From Phyllobates terribilis (taxonomy: Eukaryota): 64,000 nucleotides of DNA. Under the pieces are notes generated by a model. That model had not been told where the DNA came from, did no database searches, and saw only the letters and a program-made list of their open reading frames with translations. The DNA is taken from contig NW_027362771.1 in assembly GCF_046119375.1 (NCBI RefSeq), forward strand, positions 180,668,001 through 180,732,000, read 5' to 3'. Below are positions 13,801-24,711 of the stretch, one piece after another. The first letter of the stretch is position 1. Every line of letters begins with the position of its first letter. The position numbers were made by a program, and so were the translations under genes.

Positions 13801-16342
13801 GATGTAATTTCCAAAATGGGGTCACTTGAAAGTAGGGATTCTACTCTTCTGGCACTTAGGAGATCTGTATATGGACTTCCTGTTGATGTTCAATTCGTCC
13901 TAAGGCAGGGAAAGTGACGCCAGCGCTGATTGGGTTCAGAGCTCAGGGCCCAGGGCCCACACTGGAAGAGCAAGTGTCGACATCGCTGGAATGGGAGGTG
14001 AGTATAAGTGTTTTTATTTTATCGGCACCAAAGAAACATTCAGATCAAGAAGGGGTTATCATAGTAGTGGACAACCCCTTTTAGGCAGATCTGTCGGCAT
14101 AATATGCTGCCTCACGTAAGGGCTGGATATTACAGCTGCAGGCAAGTCATCCTAGTAGTCAAAACAGAACAGAAATTGGTATGGGCAGAAATAATACACC
14201 TGACTCATGGTTTATAATGCCAGTGTATTTATAACAGGAACACTTCCCTACCCCCCTCTGTAGTTTATTGAGTATGTTACCATAGTCCCTTGAACAATAA
14301 TTTATGAATATGAGCACCAAGCAATGTATCGAGGCCATAACGGGAAGTACATCTTTTGTTTTATTTATTCTATTTAGGACTCTATTTTCTTTGTTCCTGT
14401 CCTTTGATTTAATTTAATTTATCATTTGGAAACATTATCTGCATTATGAGCACTAACTGCTTTGATACGATCACTGTTCCTTTGTATAGTGATGCACTAG
14501 TCTCCTGCTTGGCACGTTTGTTGAGAACATATGTGTTATGCATTACCAGGCGAGTGCAAATTATTTTTTGATGTCATTGCATTGGTGCTCGTATCCATAC
14601 ATTATTGTTAAGGGACTATGGTGACATACAAAAAACAACAGTAATATGATGTATTCTGTGTGTCTTCTACGTGTCTTGTGGTGTAATACACATGTTTAGA
14701 GAAATTCATCCCTTTTAGCCTTTGGGGGTTAACATGGGATAATAGGGTTAGGCGACGAGGAGCGGGGGAACCATGTCATGCGTTGCGTTGTTTTTTACAG
14801 TGTTAACCTCTGTGGTCAGGTAGGGTGGATATCTAGGGTCTTCCAGGGATATCATAGTGGACATCCAATTGCCCTCTTGTCACCATATTTACTTTTCCTT
14901 GAACATTTTAATTAGCAGCACTGAGTGGCTGCAGGGGACACTGGAGGTCCATGTAAGGTGTTTAACCCCTTAACAACATCTGACATACTAATACGCGTCT
15001 GTGCCCTGGGAGCTCCCCCACAAGTGACCCCATTTTGGAAAATAGACCCCCCAAGGCACCTATCTAGATGCATAGTGAGCACTTGGAACCCCTAGGTGCT
15101 TCACAAATTGATTCGTAAAAATTAAAAAGTGAAAAAAAAAAACACTTTTTCATTTTTACAAATCAATTTGTGAAGCACCTGGGGGTTCCAAGTGCTCACT
15201 ATGCATCTAGATAGGTGCCTTGGGGGGGTCTAGTTTCCAAAATGGGGTCATTTGTGGGGGAGCTCCAATGTTTGGGCACACAGGGGCTCTCCAAACACAA
15301 CATGGCGTCCGCTAATTATTCAAGCAAATTTTACAATCAAAAAGTCAAATGGCGCTCCTTCCCTTCCGAGCCCTGCCGTGCGCCCAAACAGTGTTTTTTC
15401 CCCAAATATTGGGTATCTGCGTGCCCAGGGGAAATTGCACAACAAATTTTGGGGTCCATTTTTTCTTGTTACCCCTGTGAAAATAAAAAAAATTGGGTCT
15501 AAAGTAACATTTTTGTGAAAAAAGTTAAATGTTAATTTTTTTCTTCCACATTCAAAAAATTCCTGTGAAGCACCTGAAGGGTTTTTAGAATGGTGTCACT
15601 TTTGGGTATTTTCTGTCATAAAGACCTCTCAAAGTGACTTCAAATGTGATGTGGTCCCTAAAAAAATGGTTTTGTAAATTTTGTTGGAAAAATGAGAAAT
15701 CGCTGGTCAACTTTTAACCCTTATAGCTCCCTAATAAAAAAAAATGTAGGTTCCAAAATTGTGCTGATGTAAAGTAGACATGTGGGAAATGTTATTTATT
15801 AACTCTTTTGTGTGACATATCTCTCTGATTTAAGGGCATAAAAATTCAAATTTTGAAAATTGCAAAATTTTCAAAATTTTTGCCAAATTTCCGTTTTTTT
15901 CACAAATAAATGCAAGTGATATTGAAGAAATTTTACCACAATCATGAAGTACAATATGTCACGAAAAAACAATCTCAGAATCAGGGGGATCCGTTGAAGC
16001 GTTTCAGAGTAATTACCTCATAAAGTGACAGTGGTCTGAATTGTAAAAATTGGCCTGGTCATTAACGTGCAAACCACCCTCGGGGCTTAAGGGGTTAAGT
16101 ATGTCTGCGCATATGGGATTGGCTAAAAAGCTGCAAGTAACAAGAACAGAATGATTCTTCTTTTGTATCTACATTGCAGACATGCGTACCTCCTCACCCA
16201 CGACTGTCTGATTACTCAGCTTAGCATCCTTCTGTTTTATATCCGTTTCCCAGCTTTCTAGCTCTCTCATAAAGTCTTGCAGCTCCTCGGCATTCTGCTT
16301 CATTTGTAACTGCAACTCAAGAGCTTTGTTTGAAGAAGACAT
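1768..16342 (-). CDS. RPAP3: RNA polymerase II-associated protein 3 (R2TP TPR co-chaperone), spliced, 3'-partial; coding exons 16342-16190, 11825-11682, 10679-10554, 6135-6008, 5917-5796, 5115-5045, 4384-4238, 1895-1768
   Basis: Exons joined by hand through AG/GT sites give one continuous frame: MSSSNKALELQLQMKQNAEELQDFMRELESWETDIKQKD...TLPPIRNKDYRKKKK...DYEYWDKLDV-DKALQELDK...KALAEKEK-GNNYFKAGNYDEAIECYTRSMNADPYNAVLPTNRASAFFRLRK-YAVAESDCNLAIALNRNYWKAYARRGACRLAL...DYEKVLELDPNNFDATNELKK...GNAYFKEGKYELAIECYTQGIAADSSNALLPANRAMAYLKIQK. This matches the vertebrate RPAP3 N-terminus and TPR1/TPR2 as I recall them. The next exon was not found in 1-1767. Confidence 0.95.
2374..3040. mobile_element. T2/Kolobok-type MITE, TTAA-flanked
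   Basis: TTAA|AGGGAATCTGT…ACAGATTCCCT|TTAA, with roughly 170-bp imperfect inverted arms and an internal poly-A at about 2828-2854. Confidence 0.75.
4238..4384 (-). CDS. RPAP3: RPAP3 inter-TPR linker exon (147 nt)
   Basis: ELRSSSSTLQEEEKISEKIQKKSSEVCEEERSHIEAQQLKQKAIVQKDL, flanked by ttttAG and GTAAGT. Confidence 0.9.
5045..5115 (-). CDS. RPAP3: RPAP3 exon (71 nt)
   Basis: (D)YEKVLELDPNNFDATNELKKIAL, flanked by ccaaAG and GTGAGT. Confidence 0.92.
5796..5917 (-). CDS. RPAP3: RPAP3 TPR1 exon (122 nt)
   Basis: YAVAESDCNLAIALNRNYWKAYARRGACRLALKNFQGAKE(D); acceptor ttttAG, donor AAG|GTTGTC. Confidence 0.9.
6008..6135 (-). CDS. RPAP3: RPAP3 TPR1 exon (128 nt)
   Basis: GNNYFKAGNYDEAIECYTRSMNADPYNAVLPTNRASAFFRLR(K), flanked by ctcAG and GTAAGT. 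Confidence 0.93.
6271..7902 (+). mobile_element. Full-length Tc1 DNA transposon (1632 bp), transposase inactivated
   Basis: TA|CAGTACAGACCAAAAGTTTGGACAC…GTGTCCAAACTTTTGGTCTGTACTG|TA; 268-bp TIRs (6271-6538, 7635-7902). Transposase [16 protein letters not shown]… starts at 6685, with a TAG at 7156 and frameshifts near 7340-7400. Lies in an RPAP3 intron. Confidence 0.95.
10554..10679 (-). CDS. RPAP3: RPAP3 coding exon (42 codons, acidic)
   Basis: DKALQELDKEDNTNESMSAESDSEGEDGIQIDTVKALAEKEK, flanked by ttttAG and GTATAC. Confidence 0.92.
11682..11825 (-). CDS. RPAP3: RPAP3 coding exon (48 codons, Lys-rich)
   Basis: TLPPIRNKDYRKKKKNRSK...KLHDYEYWDKLDV, flanked by tatAG and GTAATT. Confidence 0.92.
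12130..13830. mobile_element. Degenerate non-autonomous DNA element(s) with a rearranged palindromic end and a nested MITE
   Basis: AACCCCTTCCCGA terminus-like motif inside nested palindromes at 12130-12303. Nested MITE 13015-13367 (TTTATCCTGCGCTCTGCGCTGA / TCAGCGTAGAGCACAGGATAAA, 20/22 match). Shares motifs (e.g. TTTCCAAAATGGGGTCA) with the 14966-16094 element. Confidence 0.5.
14966..16094. mobile_element. TTAA-flanked non-autonomous element (piggyBac/Kolobok-like, 1129 bp)
   Basis: TTAA|CCCCTTAA…TTAAGGGG|TTAA; internal inverted arms of about 105 bp at 15009-15113 and 15161-15266. Confidence 0.7.
16190..16342 (-). CDS. RPAP3: RPAP3 first coding exon (51 codons)
   Basis: Acceptor tttttttcaAG at 16357-16356, ATG at 16342 in ACCACCATG context, donor GTACGC after GAG GAG. 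Confidence 0.95.
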
Positions 16343-17025
16343 GGTGGTGATGTGCCTTGAAAAAAATAGTATATATGTTACACATATCCATATGTACCTC
16401 CTCACAGCACCAAATAGAAAGCAAAAATATCAGTACAATAAGTGGTAGAGCTCAGCTACTGAGTAATAGCTAGAGAGCAAAGCATTAGGCTATGTTCACA
16501 TGTTGGGATTTTGCAGCGTTTTTTTATGCAAATTTTCAGCTTCGTACAGTACCAGCAAAGTTTATGAGATTTCAGAAATCTCATACACACGTCTTGTTTT
16601 TTTTCCTGACTGTTTAGTCAAAGAGGTTTTGCAAAATACAACATGTCACTTCTTTCAGCGGTTTTTCACCCATTGAAAGCAGCAAGTAGTGCAAAAAAAG
16701 CAGCAAAAAGTGCAGGTATCAGGTTTTGCTGCATTTCTGGTATCAAAACCTGAGGAAGATAAATCGGGTTATTTACTTATGCACTAAACTTCATTAGCAT
16801 GCACAAGAGACAAATATACCGACAAAAACGCAGTAAAAAAAAATGCAACAAAAACTCAGCAAAACCTGCTATTTTGACATTGCCTCTTACTGCCAAGAGA
16901 TCAGGATTTGCCTGCAGAAAAAAAGGTCTTCAGTTATTCTATGTGACTGCTGAATCATGACAGCATGTGGTGCCCATATATAATAATAATATAATACATT
17001 CATATCACTGATTAGGAGGGTAGAC

Positions 17026-17460
17026 ATGGAAGGTAAAGAAGTGGCTCAGGAGGAGCAAGCAACTAGCAGGGTAAATGTAGTAAGGGACAGTTCAAAGAGG
17101 TCTAAGAAAAGGAAAGCAGCACCAGTTTCTGTACTTCTAACCAAAATTGACAAGCTGGGTGATGATGCAAGGGTGTCATTGTCTGATCTGGCAACCTTAG
17201 GGGATATTGCTCTCAATAACAGCTGGAAGGATGGTAATGGAAGGGGAACACCGTTGGTGGTTATAAGGAATTCTATAATCAAGAAGATGGATAAAATCAA
17301 TTATTGCGAAGACCGCCTCAACTGTCCTCCTCGTGCCAATGTTCAGCATGTGGAGGAACTGGTTGATAAATTACTGGCGGGGGGAGGGTGGAGGGCTTGT
17401 GATCCATGTGGGAACCAATAAGAGAATAAGTGGTAAGTGAATGATCCTTAAAGGGTTAGT
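17026..17460 (+). mobile_element. CR1/L2-clade LINE ORF1 remnant (SGNH esterase-like)
   Basis: LVVIRNSIIKKMDKINYCEDRLNCPPRANVQHVEELVDKLLAGG, then frameshifted LVIHVGTN; resembles the GDS…PGA…VHVGTND blocks of CR1 ORF1 esterases. Confidence 0.65.
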
Positions 17461-18199
17461 CCGAAACCCAAAAGGAAATTTCAATTAATAAATCTTAAAT
17501 TACAGAAGTTAGTTTTGCAAGTCATGATAAAATTCCCGACAATTCACTCTGTACTGTAACTTCAGGTTCTGTCTATATTACCCACTTAATAAGACGATTC
17601 GTTTGAAAATCCCAGTGCATGATGGGATACTCAAACAAATCGTTATCTGCTGGCAGAAACTGCTGTCACTCCCCTTTCCGCCCTGAAACGAAGCATCATG
17701 GGGGGCTGGGGCATCCCGACACTCCAGTTGCTTTGTTTGCTGCATTGAATCAAAGTTGGCGCATGTTTCAGGGCTAGCCCTGTGGGGCCCCCCCATGTGC
17801 AGGGCACCCCCATGTGCGCGGCCCCCCACAGCGCCTTGTGCGATGAGCTCAGCGTCTGGTCTGCTATCTGCTTAGATTTATAGTAATAAGTCGGCAGCAG
17901 AGCCGAGTCACAATTCGTTTTATGGGGACAATAAAATAAAGTTATTGCTCTTGGAAGAAAGAAAGCACAGGAATGGTAAAGTGCAGTTATATTGGGGAGA
18001 TGCCTGGTATGGTGTATAAAGCACATGGCGGCTTTCCTCAGGGCTTGTGTGTAAGCCTGCTGTGAAGTCCTGCCATAATACCTGACACAACCATGGACAG
18101 GTGTGGCGCTGTGTCTGACAGGAAGGAGGCAAGCTTTTCTTATTGCTAAGAACAACAGGAGTATGAATAATCCGTGTTTTGTGCACCATATAGAGTCAC

Positions 18200-18820
18200 C
18201 CAGCATTATGTCAGAGGTACAGAGCGTCCGGTCTGCACAATGCCACACTCCCCACCGAGCAGCACACGTGACAGGTATGGCATACTACACCCTGCAGCCG
18301 TAAAGCAGACCCGTGACAGTAACCGTGAGCACACATGGCTGTCACCTACCTCCAGCTTCTCCCTCAGCCGCTTGTCTACTATCACTTCCCAATCACTCCC
18401 GGCATGCTCTGCGCACATACGGTAGCCATAGAGACCAACGTCGCCAAATCCCCTATAAGCGAATTATGCAGCAGCACAACCTGGCGGCGCGTCCGGTGTA
18501 CTGCTGCTTATCTGATACGTACAAAGCGCATGTGGAAGTTGGAGATTTTAGTTTGCCCCAAATAAAAATGGCTGCACGTGTTCCGCGTGCTTAGAAACGT
18601 CACGGGGTCACGTGCGCACAATCCAAGATGGCAGCTTCCTGTGCGGTTTCGGAGGGGTTCATAAGAGAGTTGTAAAGGTGAAAGACAGATGGAGGGAGAC
18701 AGGTCAGCCCATAGAGACCAAGGCTACCCTCCGTCCGCGGAAAGGAGAAGATGGGAGAGCAGAGGCGGAGCTCACCAGAAATGCCACAGGATGCTGCAGA
18801 TGGCCATGGAGACCAGTGAG
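18200..18820. promoter_or_regulatory. CpG-rich putative bidirectional promoter between RPAP3 (-) and ATP23 paralog a (+)
   Basis: Local CpG enrichment. Candidate RPAP3 5'UTR exon donor GAG|GTAGGT at 18350/18349 (-); ATP23a ATG at 18689 (+). YY1-like AAAATGGCTG 18565-18574 and AAGATGGCAG 18625-18634; CACGTG E-boxes at 18575 and 18609. Confidence 0.6.
18689..18815 (+). CDS. ATP23: ATP23a exon 1
   Basis: ATG 18689 to ACCA|GTGAGT; ends [14 protein letters not shown], phase 1, compatible with exon 2. Confidence 0.85.
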
Positions 18821-18867
18821 TGACAAGCAGCCTGCACTCATGTCATATGTGTATAATGATCCAGCCC

Positions 18868-18912
<45 letters not shown>

Positions 18913-21900
18913 CTGTATGTATATTTTAAAAATTGTACATTCACACTGAAGGCATCAAAACTATGAATTAACACATGTGGAATTATATACTTAACAAAAA
19001 AGTGTGAAACAACTGAAGATATGTCTTATATTCTAGGTTCTTCAAAGTAGCTACCTTTTGCTTTGATGACTGCTTTGCACACTCTTGGCATTCTCTTGAT
19101 GAGCTTCAAGAGGTAATCACCGGAAATGGTCTTCCAACAATCTTGAAGGAGTTCCCAGAGATGCTTAGCACTTGTTGGTCCTTTTGCCTTCACTCTGTGG
19201 TCCAGCTCACCCCAAACCATCTCGATTGGGTTCAGGTCTGGTGACTGTGTAGGCCAGCTCATCTGGCGTAGCACCCCATCACTCTCCTACTTGGTCAAAT
19301 AGCCATCACACAGCTTGGAGGAGTGTTTGGGGTCATTGTCCTGTTGAAAAATAAATGATGGTCCAACTAAACGCAAACAGGATGGAATAGAATGCTGCTG
19401 CAAGATGCTGTGGTAGCCATGCTGGTTCAGTATGCCTTCAATTTTGAATAAATCCCCAACATTGTCACCAGCAAAGCACCCCCACACCATCACACCTCCT
19501 CCTCCATGCTTCACGGTGGGAACCAGGCATATAGAGTCCATCCATTCACCTTTTCTGCGTCGCACAAAGACATGGTGGTTGGAACCCAAGATCTCAAATT
19601 TGGACTCATCAGACCAAAGCACAGATTTCCACTGGTCTAATGTCCATTCCTTGTGTTCTTTAGCCCAAGCAAGTCTCTTCTGCTTGTTGCCTGTCCTTAG
19701 CAGTGGTTTCCTAGCAGCTATTTTACCATGAAGGCCTGCTGCACAAAGTCTCCTCTTAACAGTTGTTGAAGAGATGTGTCAGCTGCTAGAACTCTGTGTG
19801 GCATTGACCTGGTCTCTAATCTGAGCTGCTGTTAACCTGCGATTACTGAGGCTGGTGACTCGGATAAACTTATCCTCAGAAGCAGAGGTGACTCTTGGTC
19901 TTCCTTTCCTGGGGCGGTCCTCATGTGAGCCAGTTTCTTTGTAGCGCTTGATGGTTTTTGCAACTGCACTTGGGGACACTTTCAAAGTTTTCCCAAGTTT
20001 TCGGACTGACTGACCTTCATTTCTTAAAATAATGATGGCCACTCGTTTTTCTTTACTTAGCTGCTTTTTTCTTGCCATAGAATTTGTATTATTGTCTATT
20101 CAGTAGGACTATCAGCTGTGTATCCACCAGACTTCTGCACAACACAACTGATGGTTACAACCCAATTTATAAGGCAAGAAATCCCACTTATTAAACCTGA
20201 CAGGGCACACCTGTGAAGTGAAAACCATTTCCAGTGAATACCTCTTGAAGCTCATCAAGAGAATGCCAAGAGTGCGCAAAGCAGTCATCAAAGCAAAAGG
20301 TGGCTACTTTGAAGAATCTAGACTATAAGACATGTTTTCAGTTGTTTCACACTTTTTTGTTATGTATATAATTCCACATGTGTTAATTCATAGTTTTGAT
20401 GCCTTCAGTGTGAATGTACAATTTTCATAGTCATGAAAATACAGAAAAATCTTTAAATGGGAAGGTGTGTCCAAACTTTTGGTCTGTACTGTGTCTGTCT
20501 ATCTATCAAGCTGACTCCCATCACTTTCTGTCCCTCAGATCCATACACCAGGCTCCTTTTAGATGCCATGAAGAGATCTGGTTGGTAAGTGTCACTCATG
20601 GATCAGTAGAATCCCTCCTTTTTCCACTACAGAATGCAGTTGTCTCTATGAAATGTAAATGAAGGAAGATTCCGGGGATCCCATGTCATTGTGGCCATAG
20701 ACAGGCAGCTTTAGAAGGAAACCTATGTGTACAATGTCCTATTTTAGTGTCTGTTTGGGCACGAAGACTCTTTCCTCTCCTTAGTTACTCTTTTAGAAAC
20801 AAAAAAAGTCTTGTATTTATTAGATTTTACTCACTATTATTAACACCATTAATTCCACATCATCATCACTGTCCCCATTGGGGCTCACAATGTGAATCAG
20901 TATGTCTTTGATGTGTGAGCGGAAACCTGGGTACCTGCAGGAAACCCAGGAAAGTGTGCCATGTACCCATCACTGTTCCGTTGTATGTCTGGGAGGGTTC
21001 TCTCAGAGATGGGATGTATACACATGGGTCTTTCCTTATCTTTTCTCCTGAGATACGTCCTTAACCGATTTGATGAATAGATAATGACGGTAGTATTGAT
21101 AGAGAAGCTGTTCTACCACAAGGACATTGATGTGCCCAGGAGAAGGACTTCTGTCGCTTTATTGATAATATGTACAACTCTGGCACTGACATATGACAAG
21201 ACTTTGTTGCTTCACATATAGTGTCCATCCCACATTTCGACCTTTGAGAAGGTTACCTGTACCTGTGTGAGGTCGGCAAGGAGCTTCAGAATGTCACAGA
21301 TACTCACTGCGACACTGTCCGCATTCTGAGCCTCCATGCCGACCTCTCACAGGTACTGATCACCTTCACAGGATCAAGTGGTCAAAGCCTTGGATGTACA
21401 GTATCTGTTTATTCACTTGTCAGATTCATTAAAATACTCTTGAAACAAATATCTAAGTCTTGTCATACTCAGTGCCGGCTATGCATATTATTTGTATAAT
21501 AATGGGCCCTTACCATGTTTCATTCCTTAATTGGCACAGGAGTCTATTTAGAGGACAGAATGACCCCCAATAATGGCAGGTACGCTGAAAACCTCACTCG
21601 CATATCAGCATCTGTATATTCATAGTGACAAAGCTGCTGCAGCACATTGAATAAAAAAAGCAATGCCAAGTGGGCTGACTAGTTAAGGTACACTCTTGTC
21701 CCCTTTATTGGGATTGAAGACGGCTGAGTCGGTAAGCCAAACCACCAACTCAAACTCCTCAATTTCCCTGACTCCCGACTCCACAGCACGGCCTCACTAC
21801 TGAGCGTGTACATAAAGTGCAGCACAGATTCATCTCCACTAAAAGCTCAGATCCTTCGATCAGGAACAGAACAGAACAGACATTTATAGGACATTTCATA

Positions 21901-24675
21901 ACATTCCCAAATTCTTATGAAAACATTTACAGCACATCCTGCATTGTACTACTGTACCCAATTTATTATATATTTTAGGAATCGGTCCATTTTATACTGA
22001 CTCCAACTCCACAGCCCTTATTGAAGGGAGTATTTAGTGGACAGCAATAGAGGGAGATCTGGGTGTTCGCAAGTGCTAGATCAGGATTGTCTTGTCTCAC
22101 CAGGTAACGGAGCATCTTGGTGACAACCTCACTTTATTGGCCATAATAACACACTTGAAATGTTCTCTGCTTTCTTGAATGGACAAAATATAACAGTTGT
22201 GACATGACAATAAAGCATTGATGTCAATGTGTTGCAGCTCTCCAGAAATGTATTTAAGTGTCTGCATCTTTTTTTTTTTTTCAGCACAGTTTCCCGAGAC
22301 CGACATTTTTCCTGTGAGGATTGTGATGGATCAGTAAGCGGAGGCTTTGATGCAGATACGTCTGAAGTAAGTGAGCATCTTAAAAAGATTATCTTGAGGC
22401 TGGGGGCTACACAGTGACATTGGCAGCGACACCTGTTGTGCGACCAAGATTCACTCGGAGCTGCTGCTACATCACAGCTTGCAACAAGCAAGTCGCAAAA
22501 AATCTGATGAGGTTGGACTTCTTTTGACTTTCTTGTCGCAGGACCATTCAATGTGCCTCATTCACTTGTATCACGCTGCGATGTAACAGCAGCACTGAGC
22601 GAACCTTGGTCGTACAACAAGTGTTGTGGCCAAAGTGACCGTGTAACCCTAGCCTTAATATATTCCACATGTCTAGTCCCCCCTAGGTCATCAGTATCAG
22701 TTCAGTGTGAGTGACACAGAGCACTCCCACCGATCAGCTGACAGCCCTCAGAGGCCGACTGACAGCTATGTGTTCAGCAGACTACAACAGTTCCATATAC
22801 CAATGACTGACCGCTGCTGAGTACTGCGTCTATTTTCCATTCCCATCCAGCTTCTGCCAGTGCAGCCATCAGCTGATCGGTGAGGGTACCGGACGTCGGA
22901 CCCCTGCCGATGAACTATCCTATGGATATTGGATAGGTATTGGTAGTTTTAGTCCTGGACAACCATAAGGATTTCCTGTAAAACAGTAGAAATACAGTCC
23001 GATGTCTGAACAACCTTTCCCTCCTTTCAGATTGTGTTGTGTCAGAATAACATCCACAATCAGTCACACATGGACCGCGTGGTGACACACGAGCTGATCC
23101 ACGCATTTGACCACTGCCGTGCACACGTAGATTGGTTTAATAACATTCGCCACTTGGCATGCTCTGAGGTAAGCGGATCACTTACGTGCATTATTATTAT
23201 TATTATTTATATAGCGCCATTGATACCATGGTGCTGTACATAAGAAAGGGTTATATACCGAATACAGATATCACTTACAAACTAATGATGATAGACTGAA
23301 GATGGCTTTCTATACGTGCCCATTGTCAACTGATCTCTTGGTGATCTAGTAGCAAATTAAGCTGGATTACTAGCATTCTAAAAGATCTGGTCCAACTGTT
23401 GCATCCTTAAAGCAGTTAAAGGGATATGCACCCAAAACATAAAGCGCAAAGGTGGCAAACAAGATGGCCGAACCGTCTGTCGACACGTATTAAACGGAAG
23501 TAACTGCCACAACAAAACAGAAAAACCTTTGTCTCTGCTACTTCTTCGCCTTCTGTTACAAGACCAGTTTTACAATGTGGGTGCAAATTATTATTTTTTT
23601 TTTTTGATGATTGTTTCCTTTATTCGCATGTAATGGAAATGTAAATGTACAATATTTTTCATAATCCATATTTATTACAAGTAAAATGTTAGACATCACG
23701 AGAAGTGTCCATATGTGTATATGGCTTTGTGATTGGAGTACAGATAAAGTACCACTGCAGCGGGTATTTTTATTTCCCTTCTGTATGCTATCAGTATTTT
23801 ATATTCACAGTATGCATTAAAATACTCACCGATCCCTGTCTTCTTCCATTTCAGCGTTGCTCTGGTCTCTCTTCTGCAGTTGTGACCAGCCAGCTCCCAC
23901 AGCCTTTCTAGGTGGACTTTCAGTCACCTTCTCAGGCCACATTCACACGTTCAGTATTTGGTCAGTTTTTTACCTCAGTATTTGTAAGCCAAAACCAGGA
24001 GTGGGTGATAAATACAGAAGTGGTGACGTGTTTCTATTATACTTTTCCTCTGATTGTTCCACTCCTGGTTTTGGCTTACAAAGACTGATGTAAAAAACTC
24101 ACCAAATAGTGAATGTGGCTTAGAAGAACATGTGTTTCTCAGTAGTGACCAGTAAAGATGGCGGTTTGAAGAGCCGATGCTCCGCTTCGATATTCTTGTG
24201 ATTTACATTTTGTCATTTTCTATAGATCAGAGCTGCCAATCTCAGTGGAGACTGCTCACTTAGTAATGAAATTAGCCGCTTTAACTTTGGCTTGAAACAA
24301 CATCATCAGGTATGTTCCGAAATGTGGGTATCTGTAGTGCCCCGAAACATTTTATTGATGGATCCATTCAAATAGCATAATAAGGGGACACCAGATCTAG
24401 AAGTGAATAATAAGTGAGCGGCAGATAAATGATTCTTTCTTTGAGGTAAAAAATTGTTTAAAAACAGGCAGGGAAATGTTTTACCTCACAAAAAGAATAA
24501 GCTGCGGTCCTGTCTGTATACTCTTTTGCGTCCTCTCCTTCCCAGGAGCTATAGTATGATCAGACCGTGTTCCTGTATGATCAGACACAGCCATTACACA
24601 GTACACAGCAGGGGAACATTTATAAGATTATCTCAGCACAGGAACATTTTATTTAAACACATCCAGTTGTGGAAT

Positions 24676-24711
<36 letters not shown>

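Noticed and set aside
17578-18929. Cluster of overlapping ORFs on both strands near the promoter
   Set aside because: Expected in GC-rich sequence. The only supported coding segment is ATP23a exon 1 (18689-18815), which the ORF track misses.
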